Positions 9,438-18,738 of a stretch of DNA of 64,000 nt are shown here, piece by piece. The stretch comes from an uncultured Gemmatimonadales bacterium (GTDB lineage Bacteria; Gemmatimonadota; Gemmatimonadetes; Gemmatimonadales; GWC2-71-9). Below the pieces are notes generated by a model. The model saw only the letters and a program-made list of their open reading frames with translations, made no database searches and had not been told where the DNA came from. Made by a program: the position numbers and the translations under genes. The stretch lies in NCBI GenBank assembly GCA_963697065.1, contig CAVOMQ010000001.1:770518-834517 (forward strand). Direction: 5' to 3'. Positions within the stretch are counted from its first letter, which is position 1, and the number at the start of each line of letters is the position of its first letter.

Positions 9438-10791
9438 AACGGGAACGACTCCCCCTGCCTCGGGACGATCACGTCGCGCACCCCTTCCTCTTGCAGGATC
9501 GTGACCATCATCGCCACCGCCAGGTCGTCGCCCTGCACCACGAAGGCGCGCTTGACCGGTCCGCCGAGCGTCCGGATCCACGCGCGCATCTCCTCGCCGT
9601 CGGCAAAGCCGGAGAAGGCCGTCAAGGACTCGATCGCGGCCCGGCACGTGACCGTCTCGCCGTCGCAGACAACACTCTCCGCGCCGTCCTGCAGCATCCG
9701 GCCCACCGATCCTTCCTCCTCGAACGAGAGGAAGATCACGGTGTGGCGCGGATCGCCGAGGTGGCGTTTGAGGTGCTGCACCGCGCGGCCGGTGCCACAG
9801 CTCTCGTGCGGCGCGATGATGACCGCCGGCCCGGTGAGCGCGTCGATTTCGGCGCGCGCCGCGGGCGTGCCGCCGTAGTGCAGCAGCGCGTCGTCGAACG
9901 CACCCCGCGGTTGGCGATACGCCGGTTCGGCCGCCACCAGCATCTCCGGATGCAGGCGCAACACCGTCGGCAGCGACACCGGCGTGGGGGTGTCCATCCA
10001 GATCGGCAAGTCGGGGATGGCCCCGCGGTGCGCCAGTTCCTGCACCGCTCGCACGAATTCGTGCACCGGGCCGATCGACGCCGCCGGCACGATCACCATC
10101 CCGCCGCGGGCCGCGGTGTCGCGAATGATCCGCGCCAGGTGGTCGCGCGCTGCCGCAAAACTGTCGTGCCGCAGGTGGGCGAACGGCGAGCCGAGAATCA
10201 GCGTGTCGACGTTGCCCGGGTCGGGCGCCGGATCGCGGAAGATCGACGATCCCGGCCGGCCCACGCTGCCGGAGTAGATGATCCGGTGCGAGCCGCCCTC
10301 GCCGGTGTGCATCTCGATCGACGCCGAGCCGAGGATGTGCCCGGCCTCGACGAAGTCGAAATCGAGATTGCGTCGCAGGGAGAGCTTGCGGCGGTACGGT
10401 TGGCCCCGAACATCGCCAGCGTCGCGAACACGTCCGGCAGGGCGAACAGTGCCTCGCGTCCCGGCCGGTCGCTTTCCAGCGCCGCTTCCGCCAGGAGGAC
10501 CGCGGCGCAATCCTGGGTGGCGGGCGTGGCGTAGATCGGGCCGCGAAAACCGTGACGCACCAGCTGTGGCGCCCGGCCTGCGGCGGCAAGGCCGCCGTGC
10601 GAGAGCAGCAGCGCGTCGACTTTCGACGGATCGAGCGGCAGTTCGCGGTTGCGCTCTTCCGATTGGGTGACGTCACCCTGGAAGAGGCCGGCGTCGAGCA
10701 GCACCCGTGCCCCGGCCGCTTCCAGCAGCATCATCGAACCGGTGGCCGTCGCCGCGCCGCCGAAGAAGGTGAGTGTCCGGGGAGCGCTCAT
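9434..10791 (-). pseudogene. Beta-CASP MBL-fold paralog with all catalytic motifs substituted and one frameshift (pseudoenzyme or pseudogene)
   Basis: The N-terminal part (frame of ORF 10198..11043, ATG 10791) and the C-terminal part (ORF 9434..10510) both align to the 7456..8844 paralog. The frames switch at the GGGG run 10403-10406. HAHIDH is HGGLAA, SGD is SGS, ESTY is GSPF, SAHAG is SGFAD, VHGE is VQGD. Confidence 0.7.
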
Positions 10792-11465
10792 TTCGTTCCG
10801 AAGAGGCGGTCCCCGGCATCGCCGAGGCCTGGGAGAATGTAGCCCTGCGCATTGAGGGCGCGGTCGCAAGCGGCCGCGTAGATCGGAATATCGGGGTGTT
10901 CCCGGCTGAACGCGTCCACCCCTTCCGGAGCCGCGACCAGGCAGAGCAACGCCAGGTCGCGCGCGCCAGCCTCTTTCAGCGCCGATGCCGCGGCAATCGC
11001 CGAACCCCCTGTTGCCAGCATCGGATCGAGCAGGAAATACCAATGGTCTTCGGCGGGCGTGGGCACCTTGAAGTAGTAGGAGACCGGCTGCAGCGTGTCG
11101 TGGTCGCGGTACAGCCCGATGTGACCCACGCGGGCGTTGGGAATCAGCTGGACGATGCCGTCGACCATCCCCAGTCCCGCCCGCAGGATCGGCACCAGCG
11201 CGATCTTCCGCGCGATCCGCTCGCCGGTCGTCTCCTCCAGCGGCGTCACCACCACCACCGGCTCGGTGGGGAGGGACCGGGTCACCTCGTACGTCATCAG
11301 GGCGGCGATTTCGCTCACCAGCTGCTTGAAATCGCGGCTCGACGTGGCGGCGTCGCGCAGCAGCGCAAGTTTATGCCGGATCAGCGGATGGTCGAGGACC
11401 GTCAGCCCCCGGCGCGGGGCGGTGGGCATGGCGGGAAAGGTCTCGCCCCTGCCGGTGGTTGGCAA
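10788..11465 (-). CDS. upp: Uracil phosphoribosyltransferase
   Basis: LTVLDHPLIRHKL..., ILRAGLGM, LLDPMLATGGS PRPP-binding motif, GYILPGLGDAGDRLFGTK C-terminus. The start may be the second ATG at 11429. Confidence 0.9.
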   Translation of the reverse strand: MPTTGRGETFPAMPTAPRRGLTVLDHPLIRHKLALLRDAATSSRDFKQLVSEIAALMTYEVTRSLPTEPVVVVTPLEETTGERIARKIALVPILRAGLGMVDGIVQLIPNARVGHIGLYRDHDTLQPVSYYFKVPTPAEDHWYFLLDPMLATGGSAIAAASALKEAGARDLALLCLVAAPEGVDAFSREHPDIPIYAAACDRALNAQGYILPGLGDAGDRLFGTK

Positions 11466-11530
11466 TGTCGGGCCTGGTAGAGAGATTAGGAACTCCTCCG
11501 TCCCAGACCCGGTCTCACCGGGAGGTGGTC

Positions 11531-12502
11531 ATGTCCAGAATCATGCTCTCCGCCACCCTGCTCGCCGCGGCCGTCGCCGTTCGCCCCGCCGGCGCGCAAG
11601 GCAATCCGTTCCAGGCCCGATACGACGCGCTGCCTGCCATCACCGTGACCTACTCCTATACCGGCGACATGTCCGGCAGCGGCAAGACCACCGCCGACAA
11701 CCGCCGTCTCGCGAGCTGGACCGCGGTCAGCGGCAAGTTCTTCGGCAAGTCCTCGAACGACACCACCTGGTCGCTGTCGACGCCGGATACCATCTGGAAC
11801 GCGGACCTCGACAAGAAGACCGGCACGGTGTCGGTCAACCCGCTCCCCGCCATGCACCAGGCGTACGACAACCTCGACGGCGATTCGAAGACACGCTTCC
11901 ACGCCAACGTCGCCGCGATGGCGCAATTCGTCACCCAGGCGCTCAAGGGCATCCCGCTCGGCGGCCAGCCGAAGGAAATGAAAACGATCGCCGGCGAATC
12001 GTGCGAGCTGACCAGCCTGGGGATGTTCTCCTTCTGTACCATGAAGACGGCGCCGATCGTGCTCTACAGCTCGGGGTCGATCCTCTGCGTCCACTACGAA
12101 GAGACGGCGACGACCGTCACTCACACTGCGGATGCATCGCTCTTCCAGGTGCCCGACCACATCAAATGGAGCCAGTTGCTCGACAAGGCCCGCGCCGATT
12201 CGATGGCGGGGGCGTGGGTCAAGTATCTGGCGTCGAAGGAACTGTCCGATTCGATCGCCAAGGCCAGGCAGGAATACGAGAAGAAGGCGGCCGGGAACGA
12301 TCAGGCGCAGGCCACCCCGACGCCGGGAGACACCGCGCAGCAGATCTCGCCGGAAGATCAGAAGAAGATGTGCGACGCGCTCAAGAACTATTCGCTGTCG
12401 ACGGCGCTGAACGACGCCTGGAAATCGTTCCTCAAGGAATCGGCGCAGAACGCCGGCCGCGCCGCCGCCGACCGCCTCTTCGGGCACATCATCCACCATT
12501 GA
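11531..12502 (+). CDS. Hypothetical secreted protein
   Basis: GGAGG 5 nt upstream of ATG 11531. Signal peptide MSRIMLSATLLAAAVAVRPAGAQG. GC3-rich frame. Confidence 0.75.
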   Translation: MSRIMLSATLLAAAVAVRPAGAQGNPFQARYDALPAITVTYSYTGDMSGSGKTTADNRRLASWTAVSGKFFGKSSNDTTWSLSTPDTIWNADLDKKTGTVSVNPLPAMHQAYDNLDGDSKTRFHANVAAMAQFVTQALKGIPLGGQPKEMKTIAGESCELTSLGMFSFCTMKTAPIVLYSSGSILCVHYEETATTVTHTADASLFQVPDHIKWSQLLDKARADSMAGAWVKYLASKELSDSIAKARQEYEKKAAGNDQAQATPTPGDTAQQISPEDQKKMCDALKNYSLSTALNDAWKSFLKESAQNAGRAAADRLFGHIIHH

Positions 12503-12509
12503 TGGCGCG

Positions 12510-13091
12510 ATGAACGTGGAGCGGAGCCTGACCATGCGACCGACAGCGTGGATGACGCTGCGTCTCGCGTTGCTCGCCGCGGGCGCGGCCATGGTCGGCG
12601 TGCGCGCGCCGGCGGACGCGCAGGCCGCCGTCCCCGACAGCGCCATCAGCTCCGCCGCGCTGGCCGCGCGCCAATGGCTGGCGCTGCTGGCCGACCACGA
12701 ATACCTCGCCAGTTGGGAACAGGCCAGCCCGTTCTTCCGCAACCAGATTGCCCGTGACGATTGGCGCGCCACCGCGGAGCGACTCGAGCGCCAGTTTGCC
12801 CGGAGCGACCAGCGGCGGCTGGCGTCGGCGCAGTGGTATCACGATCAGCCGCCGCTGCCGCCACGCGACTGGGTGGTGCTGCGGTGGGTCACCAGCCTGC
12901 GCGATCAGCGCCAGGTGTTCGAGACGATGTCGATGTTGCTGAACAGCGACGGCACCTGGCAGACCGCCAACTACCTCCTCTATCCCGACGTCGACGGCGA
13001 ACCGATCATCGCGCCCGAACACGACAACGCCGGGTTGCGTCCGGCCGGGCCGCCGCGTCCGTCGACGGTGGCATGGCCGGGGCACGGGTGA
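12510..13091 (+). CDS. DUF4019-like secreted protein
   Basis: Signal peptide, then a WLALLADHEYLASWEQASPFFRNQIARDDW... pattern typical of DUF4019. Confidence 0.7.
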   Translation: MNVERSLTMRPTAWMTLRLALLAAGAAMVGVRAPADAQAAVPDSAISSAALAARQWLALLADHEYLASWEQASPFFRNQIARDDWRATAERLERQFARSDQRRLASAQWYHDQPPLPPRDWVVLRWVTSLRDQRQVFETMSMLLNSDGTWQTANYLLYPDVDGEPIIAPEHDNAGLRPAGPPRPSTVAWPGHG

Positions 13092-13612
13092 CCGCGGGGC
13101 GCGCGGTACGTGCCGCCCTGGCGCTTACGGCCTGCGCGCCGCAAGCGAACAGCGCGGTGCTCACCGCGGCGCACCGCACCGCCATCATCGACAGTATTCG
13201 TCCGGTGATCGCGGCATGGACCGATTCGATGAATCATCGCGACGCATCAGGCGCGGCGCGCTACTATGCCGCCGATCCGGCGTTCCGCTGGATCGAGAAT
13301 GGCGAGGTCCGCTACACCTCGCCGGCGGAAGTCGTCACCGCGATGAACGGCGTCTTTCCGTCACTCCGTTCGTTCGACCTGCACCTCGTCGAGCCGACGA
13401 TCACGCCCCTCGCCCCCGGCGCCGCGTCGGTGACGGCGTCGTTCACCCAGACCATGACCGACACCGCTGGACATGTCACCGGCATTGCCGGCGCCGTCTC
13501 CTTCACCATGGTCCACGGCGACTCGGGCTGGCGGATTCTCGTCGGGCACGCCTCCGCACTGTCGGTGCCGCAATCCGGTTCGCCGGGCCCGCCACCGGCC
13601 CGCAACCCCTGA
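13073..13612 (+). CDS. NTF2-like (SnoaL/DUF4440) protein, probable lipoprotein
   Basis: ATG 13073 or GTG 13088. LALTAC lipobox-like. NTF2-fold-like core (IAAWTDSMNHRDASGAARYYAADPAF...GWRILVGHAS). Confidence 0.7.
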   Translation: MAGARVTAGRAVRAALALTACAPQANSAVLTAAHRTAIIDSIRPVIAAWTDSMNHRDASGAARYYAADPAFRWIENGEVRYTSPAEVVTAMNGVFPSLRSFDLHLVEPTITPLAPGAASVTASFTQTMTDTAGHVTGIAGAVSFTMVHGDSGWRILVGHASALSVPQSGSPGPPPARNP

Positions 13613-13700
13613 CCGCCACGTCCGGGGTGGCCGCGACCGCCATTCACCGCTAGGGTTCAGCTCGGATTGGTCTCTTCTGAACCCTCAACGCGAACGAGTC

Positions 13701-14291
13701 ATGCCACCGTCTCACAGCACCGCATCGGATGCGCTCGCCGACCTGCTCGACCCCCTCGCCCACCGGCTGTTCAAGGCGCGCACCGTCATCATCGCCGGTG
13801 AGATCAACCAGGAGCTCGCGGAGCATGTCACCGCCCAGTTGCTGGCGTTGGCAACCGAATCGGCCAAGGAGCCGATCACCATCTACATCAATTCGCAGGG
13901 CGGTCACATCGAAGCGGGCGACACCATCCACGACCTGGTGCGCTTCGTGGCGCCGCCGGTACGAATGGTGGGCACCGGTTGGGTGGCGAGCGCCGGCGCG
14001 CTGATCTACGTGGCCGTGCCGCGCGCGCTGCGCTTCTGCTTGCCGAACACGCGCTTCCTGCTGCACCAGCCGGCCGGCGGCATGGGCGGCACGGCATCCG
14101 ACATCGCCATCGAGGCCCGCGAGATCGTCCGTATCCGCGAGCGTCTCAACAAGATCTTTGCCCGCGAGACCGGCCAGTCCGTCGAGCGGATCGAAGACGA
14201 CACCACCCGCAACTTCTGGCTCGACGCAGCGGAAGCGCAGGAATACGGACTGGTGGGCAAGATCATTTCCAAGCAGGACGAGCTTGGCTGA
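13701..14291 (+). CDS. clpP: ATP-dependent Clp protease proteolytic subunit
   Basis: ClpP core YINSQGG, catalytic Ser in GWVASAGA, His in FLLHQP, Asp in FWLDAAEA. No clpX gene lies adjacent. Confidence 0.9.
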   Translation: MPPSHSTASDALADLLDPLAHRLFKARTVIIAGEINQELAEHVTAQLLALATESAKEPITIYINSQGGHIEAGDTIHDLVRFVAPPVRMVGTGWVASAGALIYVAVPRALRFCLPNTRFLLHQPAGGMGGTASDIAIEAREIVRIRERLNKIFARETGQSVERIEDDTTRNFWLDAAEAQEYGLVGKIISKQDELG

Positions 14292-15036
14292 TCGGTTCGC
14301 CGACCACTTCTCGGCGGTCGCGCCGAGCTACGCCGAGTTCCGCCCCACATATCCCGAGGCGCTGTTCGACTGGATTGCCGGCGCCGCGCCGGCGCGCCGC
14401 GCCGCGTGGGATTGTGGCTGTGGCAACGGGCAGGCCACGGTCCCGCTGGCCGCGCGGTTCGAGCGCGTGGCGGCCACTGACGCCAGCATCGGCCAGCTCC
14501 GGCAGGCGCCGCACACCGCCGGGGTTACCTGGCATTGCGCCACTGCGGAGGCGAGCGCGCTGGCGCCCGGCATCATCGACGCCGTGGTGATCGCGCAGGC
14601 GCTGCACTGGTTCGATCCCGGTCGATTCTGGGAAGAGGTCCGGCGGGTGGGCCGTCCGGGTGCGCTGGTGGTGGCGTGCACCTACGGACGGTACTTCACC
14701 GGCAACGCCCCGATCGACGCCGTCCTCCACCACCTCCACGACGACGTGATGGGTCCGTTCTGGCCGCTCAATCGCGGCTACGTCGATATCCGGTACGCCA
14801 CCATCCCGTTTCCGCTCGCCCGGGTCGCGGTGCCCGATTTCCCGATGCGCAAGGAGTGGTCCCTTGCCGACGTGCTGGGTTACATCCGCACGTGGTCCGC
14901 GACCCAGCGCTATTTCGCGGCCGGATGTCCCGACCCCTTTCCCGAGGCGATGGAAGTGCTTGGCCCGCGGTGGGGACCGGCGCGGCGCGCCGTGCACTGG
15001 CCACTCACCGTGCTGGCCGGGCGGCTCCCCGCCTGA
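14284..15036 (+). CDS. Class I SAM-dependent methyltransferase
   Basis: Motif I AWDCGCGNGQAT and DAVVIAQALHWF. Probable TTG start at 14284, overlapping the clpP 3' end by 8 nt. Confidence 0.85.
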   Translation: MADRFADHFSAVAPSYAEFRPTYPEALFDWIAGAAPARRAAWDCGCGNGQATVPLAARFERVAATDASIGQLRQAPHTAGVTWHCATAEASALAPGIIDAVVIAQALHWFDPGRFWEEVRRVGRPGALVVACTYGRYFTGNAPIDAVLHHLHDDVMGPFWPLNRGYVDIRYATIPFPLARVAVPDFPMRKEWSLADVLGYIRTWSATQRYFAAGCPDPFPEAMEVLGPRWGPARRAVHWPLTVLAGRLPA

Positions 15037-15103
15037 GACCGTCGCGGTGGCGAACTCCCCGCCGCGGTGCGATCGTTCCACCATCCTGAACGGAGACTGT
15101 GGC

Positions 15104-15691
15104 ATGCGCGTTCTGCCGATCGTGGCCCTGTTGGCTCTCCCTGCGGGCGGACTGGTGGCCCAGACCGGCGCCGCCGTGCCCCCCGAGGCGCAACAGATTG
15201 CACTGGCCGTGCTGCCGCTGCCGCAGCAATTCCGTGCCTCGGCCACGGTGCTCGGCTACCGCCAGCCGGGAAAGCTGGTGACGTTGCGCGGTGGCACCGG
15301 CGAGATGATATGCCTCGCCAGCGTGCCGGGGGACTCCGTCTTTCACGTCGCATGCTATCACCGGTCGCTCGAACCGTTCATGTTGCGCGGCCGGCAGCTG
15401 CGCGCCCATGGTCTGAAGGACCAACAGGTCGACTCGGCGCGCTTCGCCGAGGTCAAGGCGGGCACGCTGAAGATGCCGGCGCGAGGCGCCTTGTGGACCC
15501 TGACCGGTCCGATGCGCGCCGTCGATCTCTCGGCCGACACCGTCGGCAGCGCCGTCAGACGGCTCACCGTGGTGTATCTCCCATACGCCACCGCCGCGAC
15601 CACCGGGCTGCCCGACACGCCGGTTCCGGGAATGCCTTGGCTGATGGACCCCGGCACCGCCAAGGCCCATATCATGATCATCCCGAAGTAG
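15104..15691 (+). CDS. Hypothetical secreted protein
   Basis: ATG 15104 after GGAGA. Signal peptide MRVLPIVALLALPAGGLVAQ. Confidence 0.7.
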   Translation: MRVLPIVALLALPAGGLVAQTGAAVPPEAQQIALAVLPLPQQFRASATVLGYRQPGKLVTLRGGTGEMICLASVPGDSVFHVACYHRSLEPFMLRGRQLRAHGLKDQQVDSARFAEVKAGTLKMPARGALWTLTGPMRAVDLSADTVGSAVRRLTVVYLPYATAATTGLPDTPVPGMPWLMDPGTAKAHIMIIPK

Positions 15692-15710
15692 GCGCACCGG
15701 AGGCACTGCC

Positions 15711-16214
15711 ATGCTGATCGACGCCGTCAAGCGCAATCTGGTGCGCGATCTCGCCGGGTTCGCGTCCGAACTCGATGCTTACCCTGACGACGCCACGGTC
15801 TGGGCGCTGCCTCCCGGTGTCAGGAATTCCACCGGCACGCTCGTCGTGCACGCCTGCGGCAACCTGCGTCATTTCATCGGCGGCGTGCTCGGCAAGAGCG
15901 GCTACGTGCGTGACCGCGACGCCGAATTCGCCGTGCGTGATCTCTCGCGCCAGGAACTGGAGATGCTGCTGGCGGTGACCCGCGACGAAGTCTCGCGCGC
16001 ACTCGATTCCCTCGACCCCGGAGCGGTCGACGCCGACTTTCCGGTGCCGGTCGGCGGCGTCACCCTCCCCACGGGGCGCTTTCTCGTCCATCTCGCGGTG
16101 CATCTCGGCTACCACCTCGGGCAGGCCGACGTTCACCGCCGCGTGGTGACCGGCGAGGCCGTCGGGGTCGGCGCGGTCGGGCTCAAGCAGCTGGCCGATC
16201 CGGTGCTGCCGTAA
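15711..16214 (+). CDS. DinB family protein
   Basis: DinB-like His triad spacing (VHACGNLRHF ... HLAVHLGYHLGQ). Confidence 0.85.
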   Translation: MLIDAVKRNLVRDLAGFASELDAYPDDATVWALPPGVRNSTGTLVVHACGNLRHFIGGVLGKSGYVRDRDAEFAVRDLSRQELEMLLAVTRDEVSRALDSLDPGAVDADFPVPVGGVTLPTGRFLVHLAVHLGYHLGQADVHRRVVTGEAVGVGAVGLKQLADPVLP

Positions 16215-16271
16215 CGGTCGACGCAACAGATCGGCGCCCCGGGGCATCGAATCAACGGACCCATCCCGGGA

Positions 16272-16814
16272 GTGACGATGCATTGCTGGCGATTCGGTGG
16301 TTTCGCGGCATTCACGATGATGGTGACAGCGCTCCCGGTCGGGGCGCAGGTGCATCCCTGCAGCGACGGCGTCTTCCGGCAGTTCGACTTCTGGGTCGGC
16401 GAATGGACGGTGAGCAATTCGCAGGGCGCGGTGATTGCGCACAGCACCATTCAGCGGACGGCCAACGATTGCGCCATCACCGAACATTGGCGCCCGGTCA
16501 ACGGCCCCGACGGGGTCAGCATCAGCTGGTACGCGACCACCGATTCGATGTGGCACCAGCAGTGGGTGGGCGGCGGCGGCTGGATCGAACGGATGGCCGG
16601 CGGTTTTCGCGACGGCACGATGACGATGATCGCCACCGAATCGGCGATGCTCCCGGGATCGAGTGTCCCCGCGTCGGCCGCGCCGCAGGCGGGGAAGTAC
16701 CGCACCAACTGGGCGCTCCAACCCGACGGATCGGTCAAGCAGTGGGGTGAGGCGACCACCGACGGCGCGACATGGACGCCGGCATTCGTCGGGATCTACC
16801 GCAGAACGGGGTGA
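16272..16814 (+). CDS. Hypothetical secreted protein
   Basis: Signal peptide [27 protein letters not shown] motif. GC3-rich frame. Confidence 0.7.
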   Translation: MTMHCWRFGGFAAFTMMVTALPVGAQVHPCSDGVFRQFDFWVGEWTVSNSQGAVIAHSTIQRTANDCAITEHWRPVNGPDGVSISWYATTDSMWHQQWVGGGGWIERMAGGFRDGTMTMIATESAMLPGSSVPASAAPQAGKYRTNWALQPDGSVKQWGEATTDGATWTPAFVGIYRRTG

Positions 16815-17239
16815 CGATCGTGGCCGACGAGATGGTGCGCCGCAACATCGCGTCAGGAGTGCGCTGGGAAGCGATCGTCGGCTACTCGCGCGCCGTGCGC
16901 GTGGGGCCATTCGTCTCCGTCACCGGTACCACCGCCACCGCTCCGGACGGCTCCATCGTCGGTCCCGGTGACATGTACGCGCAGACCCGGCAGGCACTGG
17001 CGAACATCGCCACCGCGCTCGAAAAGGCGGGCGCGACGTGGACCGACGTGGTGCGCACCCGCATCTTCGTGACCGACATTTCCCGCTGGGAAGACGTGGC
17101 GCGCGCGCACCGCGAGATCTTCGCCGACATCCGTCCCGCCACCACGATGATCGAGATCTCGCGCCTGATCGATCCGGCCATGCTGGTGGAGATCGAGGTC
17201 GATGCGATCGTGGGTGGAGCGCCGGCCGGTGTTTCCTGA
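16811..17239 (+). CDS. RidA/YjgF/Rid family protein
   Basis: [18 protein letters not shown]...[30 protein letters not shown]...EIEVDA. GTG 16811 forms a GTGA overlap with the upstream stop; ATG 16832 is the alternative. Confidence 0.85.
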   Translation: MTIVADEMVRRNIASGVRWEAIVGYSRAVRVGPFVSVTGTTATAPDGSIVGPGDMYAQTRQALANIATALEKAGATWTDVVRTRIFVTDISRWEDVARAHREIFADIRPATTMIEISRLIDPAMLVEIEVDAIVGGAPAGVS

Positions 17240-17257
17240 GTTCCGGGCGCACCGCGG

Positions 17258-17287
17258 TTGCTCCCGCTGGTGATTCCCGGATATAAT
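17258..17287 (+). promoter_or_regulatory. Sigma70-type promoter for tRNA-Phe
   Basis: TTGCTC (17258-17263), 18-nt spacer, TATAAT (17282-17287), 12 nt before the mature tRNA 5' end. Confidence 0.6.
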
Positions 17288-17299
17288 GCCCGCCCTTGG

Positions 17300-17374
<75 letters not shown>

Positions 17375-17420
17375 GTCGAACCCGCACCATCGTACGGCGC
17401 CAGGTCCGCCCCCGCCGACC

Positions 17421-17966
17421 CTACCTGAACACCGATTCCAGCTCGATCCGGCACTCGTCGGCCAGCGCCGGGTGCCGCCACGTCAGCGCCGTCCGTTCGA
17501 CGGCCGGCAGCAGCGACTCCGGTGTCCACACTTCGACCTGGCGCGCGTCGATGTCCACCACCCAGTAGGTCGGGATCCGCTGCTCCTGGTACAGGCGGCG
17601 CTTCGTGAAGCGATCGGCACGCAGGCTCGACGGGCTCAGGATTTCGATCGCGAGGTACAGTTGCCCGATGTCGGCCCATTGTTTCGACACGAGGAAGCGG
17701 TCGAGATCGGCGACGAAGAGATCGGGTTGCACCAGCGTGTCGGGCCCGAACGAAATGTCAGCCGGCGAGGCGAGGGCCGCCTCGATCCCGCCGCCGGCCA
17801 GGTAATGGTGAAGGGGGACAAACAAGCGGCTCAGCACCAGCTGGTGCGCGCCGCGGGGAGCGGGCGTCACCAGCAGCTCCCCGTGGACCGTTTCGTACCG
17901 GTTGCCGTCGTCGGGCAAGGCGCGCACGTCGTCGGCCGTGAAGTATTTCGCGAGCGGCATGGCCAT
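17421..17966 (-). CDS. Uma2 (DUF820) restriction-endonuclease-fold protein
   Basis: MAMPLAKYFTADDVRALPDDGNRYETVHGELLVTPAP...QPDLFV...LAIEILSPSS...KRRLYQEQRIPTYWVVD (PD-(D/E)XK-like). It may actually start at the second ATG, 17960. Confidence 0.85.
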   Translation of the reverse strand: MAMPLAKYFTADDVRALPDDGNRYETVHGELLVTPAPRGAHQLVLSRLFVPLHHYLAGGGIEAALASPADISFGPDTLVQPDLFVADLDRFLVSKQWADIGQLYLAIEILSPSSLRADRFTKRRLYQEQRIPTYWVVDIDARQVEVWTPESLLPAVERTALTWRHPALADECRIELESVFR

Positions 17967-18152
17967 AGTATCGCCTCGGCTTGGGCGGGGTGACAAGCGA
18001 ACATGGCGCCATGCTACGCCGTGAAGCCGCGCCGCGGGCATCGAGATCATGCCACACGGGGCCATTTTCCGCGAGTCGCAGTCGGAAAGCCGAGAACGTC
18101 GCCCGCCCGCGATAGATTTCCCGCGACACCCTGCCCGCCGAGGGCCGCCCCG

Positions 18153-18641
18153 ATGCCGATTCGCAATCTCACGCCCGCCGACTGGCCCGCCGTTCGCCGC
18201 ATCTACGAAGAAGGCATCGCCACCGGCGAGGCGACCTTCGAAACCGAAGCCCCGTCATGGGAACGGTGGGATGCGTCACACCTGGCGGCCTGTCGGTTGG
18301 TGGCCACCGAGGGCGGCGCGGTGGTCGGCTGGGCCGCGCTTTCCCCGGTCTCCGACCGCTGCGTCTACGGCGGTGTGGCCGAAGTCAGCGTCTATGTCGG
18401 GGAATCGGCCCGCGGCCGTGGCATCGGGCGCGCTCTGCTCGACGCGCTGGTTACGGCGTCGGAAGCGGCGGGCATGTGGACGCTGCAGGCGGGCATCTTC
18501 CCCGGGAATGTCGCCAGTGTCACACTGCACGAGCGGTGTGGCTTTCGCGTCGTGGGCCGCCGCGAGCGGATCGGCCGTCAGCACGGCGTGTGGCGCGACA
18601 CCCTGATCCTCGAGCGGCGGAGCGCACGGGTAGGCCTTTGA
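18153..18641 (+). CDS. GNAT N-acetyltransferase (phosphinothricin/MSO acetyltransferase-like)
   Basis: IYEEGIATGEATFE...VGWAALSP...VAEVSVYV...RGRGIGRALLDAL...LHERCGFRVVG. Confidence 0.85.
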   Translation: MPIRNLTPADWPAVRRIYEEGIATGEATFETEAPSWERWDASHLAACRLVATEGGAVVGWAALSPVSDRCVYGGVAEVSVYVGESARGRGIGRALLDALVTASEAAGMWTLQAGIFPGNVASVTLHERCGFRVVGRRERIGRQHGVWRDTLILERRSARVGL

Positions 18642-18738
18642 CGTCCCGGCCGGATACCTTTGCCGCATGGGACCCGGCGATGCGCACGACGTAACACGGG
18701 GCGGGGCGGCGCGCGCGACACTCCGCGCGACGACGTTC

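Noticed and set aside
7456-10791. MBL-fold genes as beta-lactamase resistance determinants
   Set aside because: They carry beta-CASP motifs (RNase J/CPSF type), and the 55759 gene is NAPE-PLD-like. None has the signal peptide and short MBL architecture of class B beta-lactamases.
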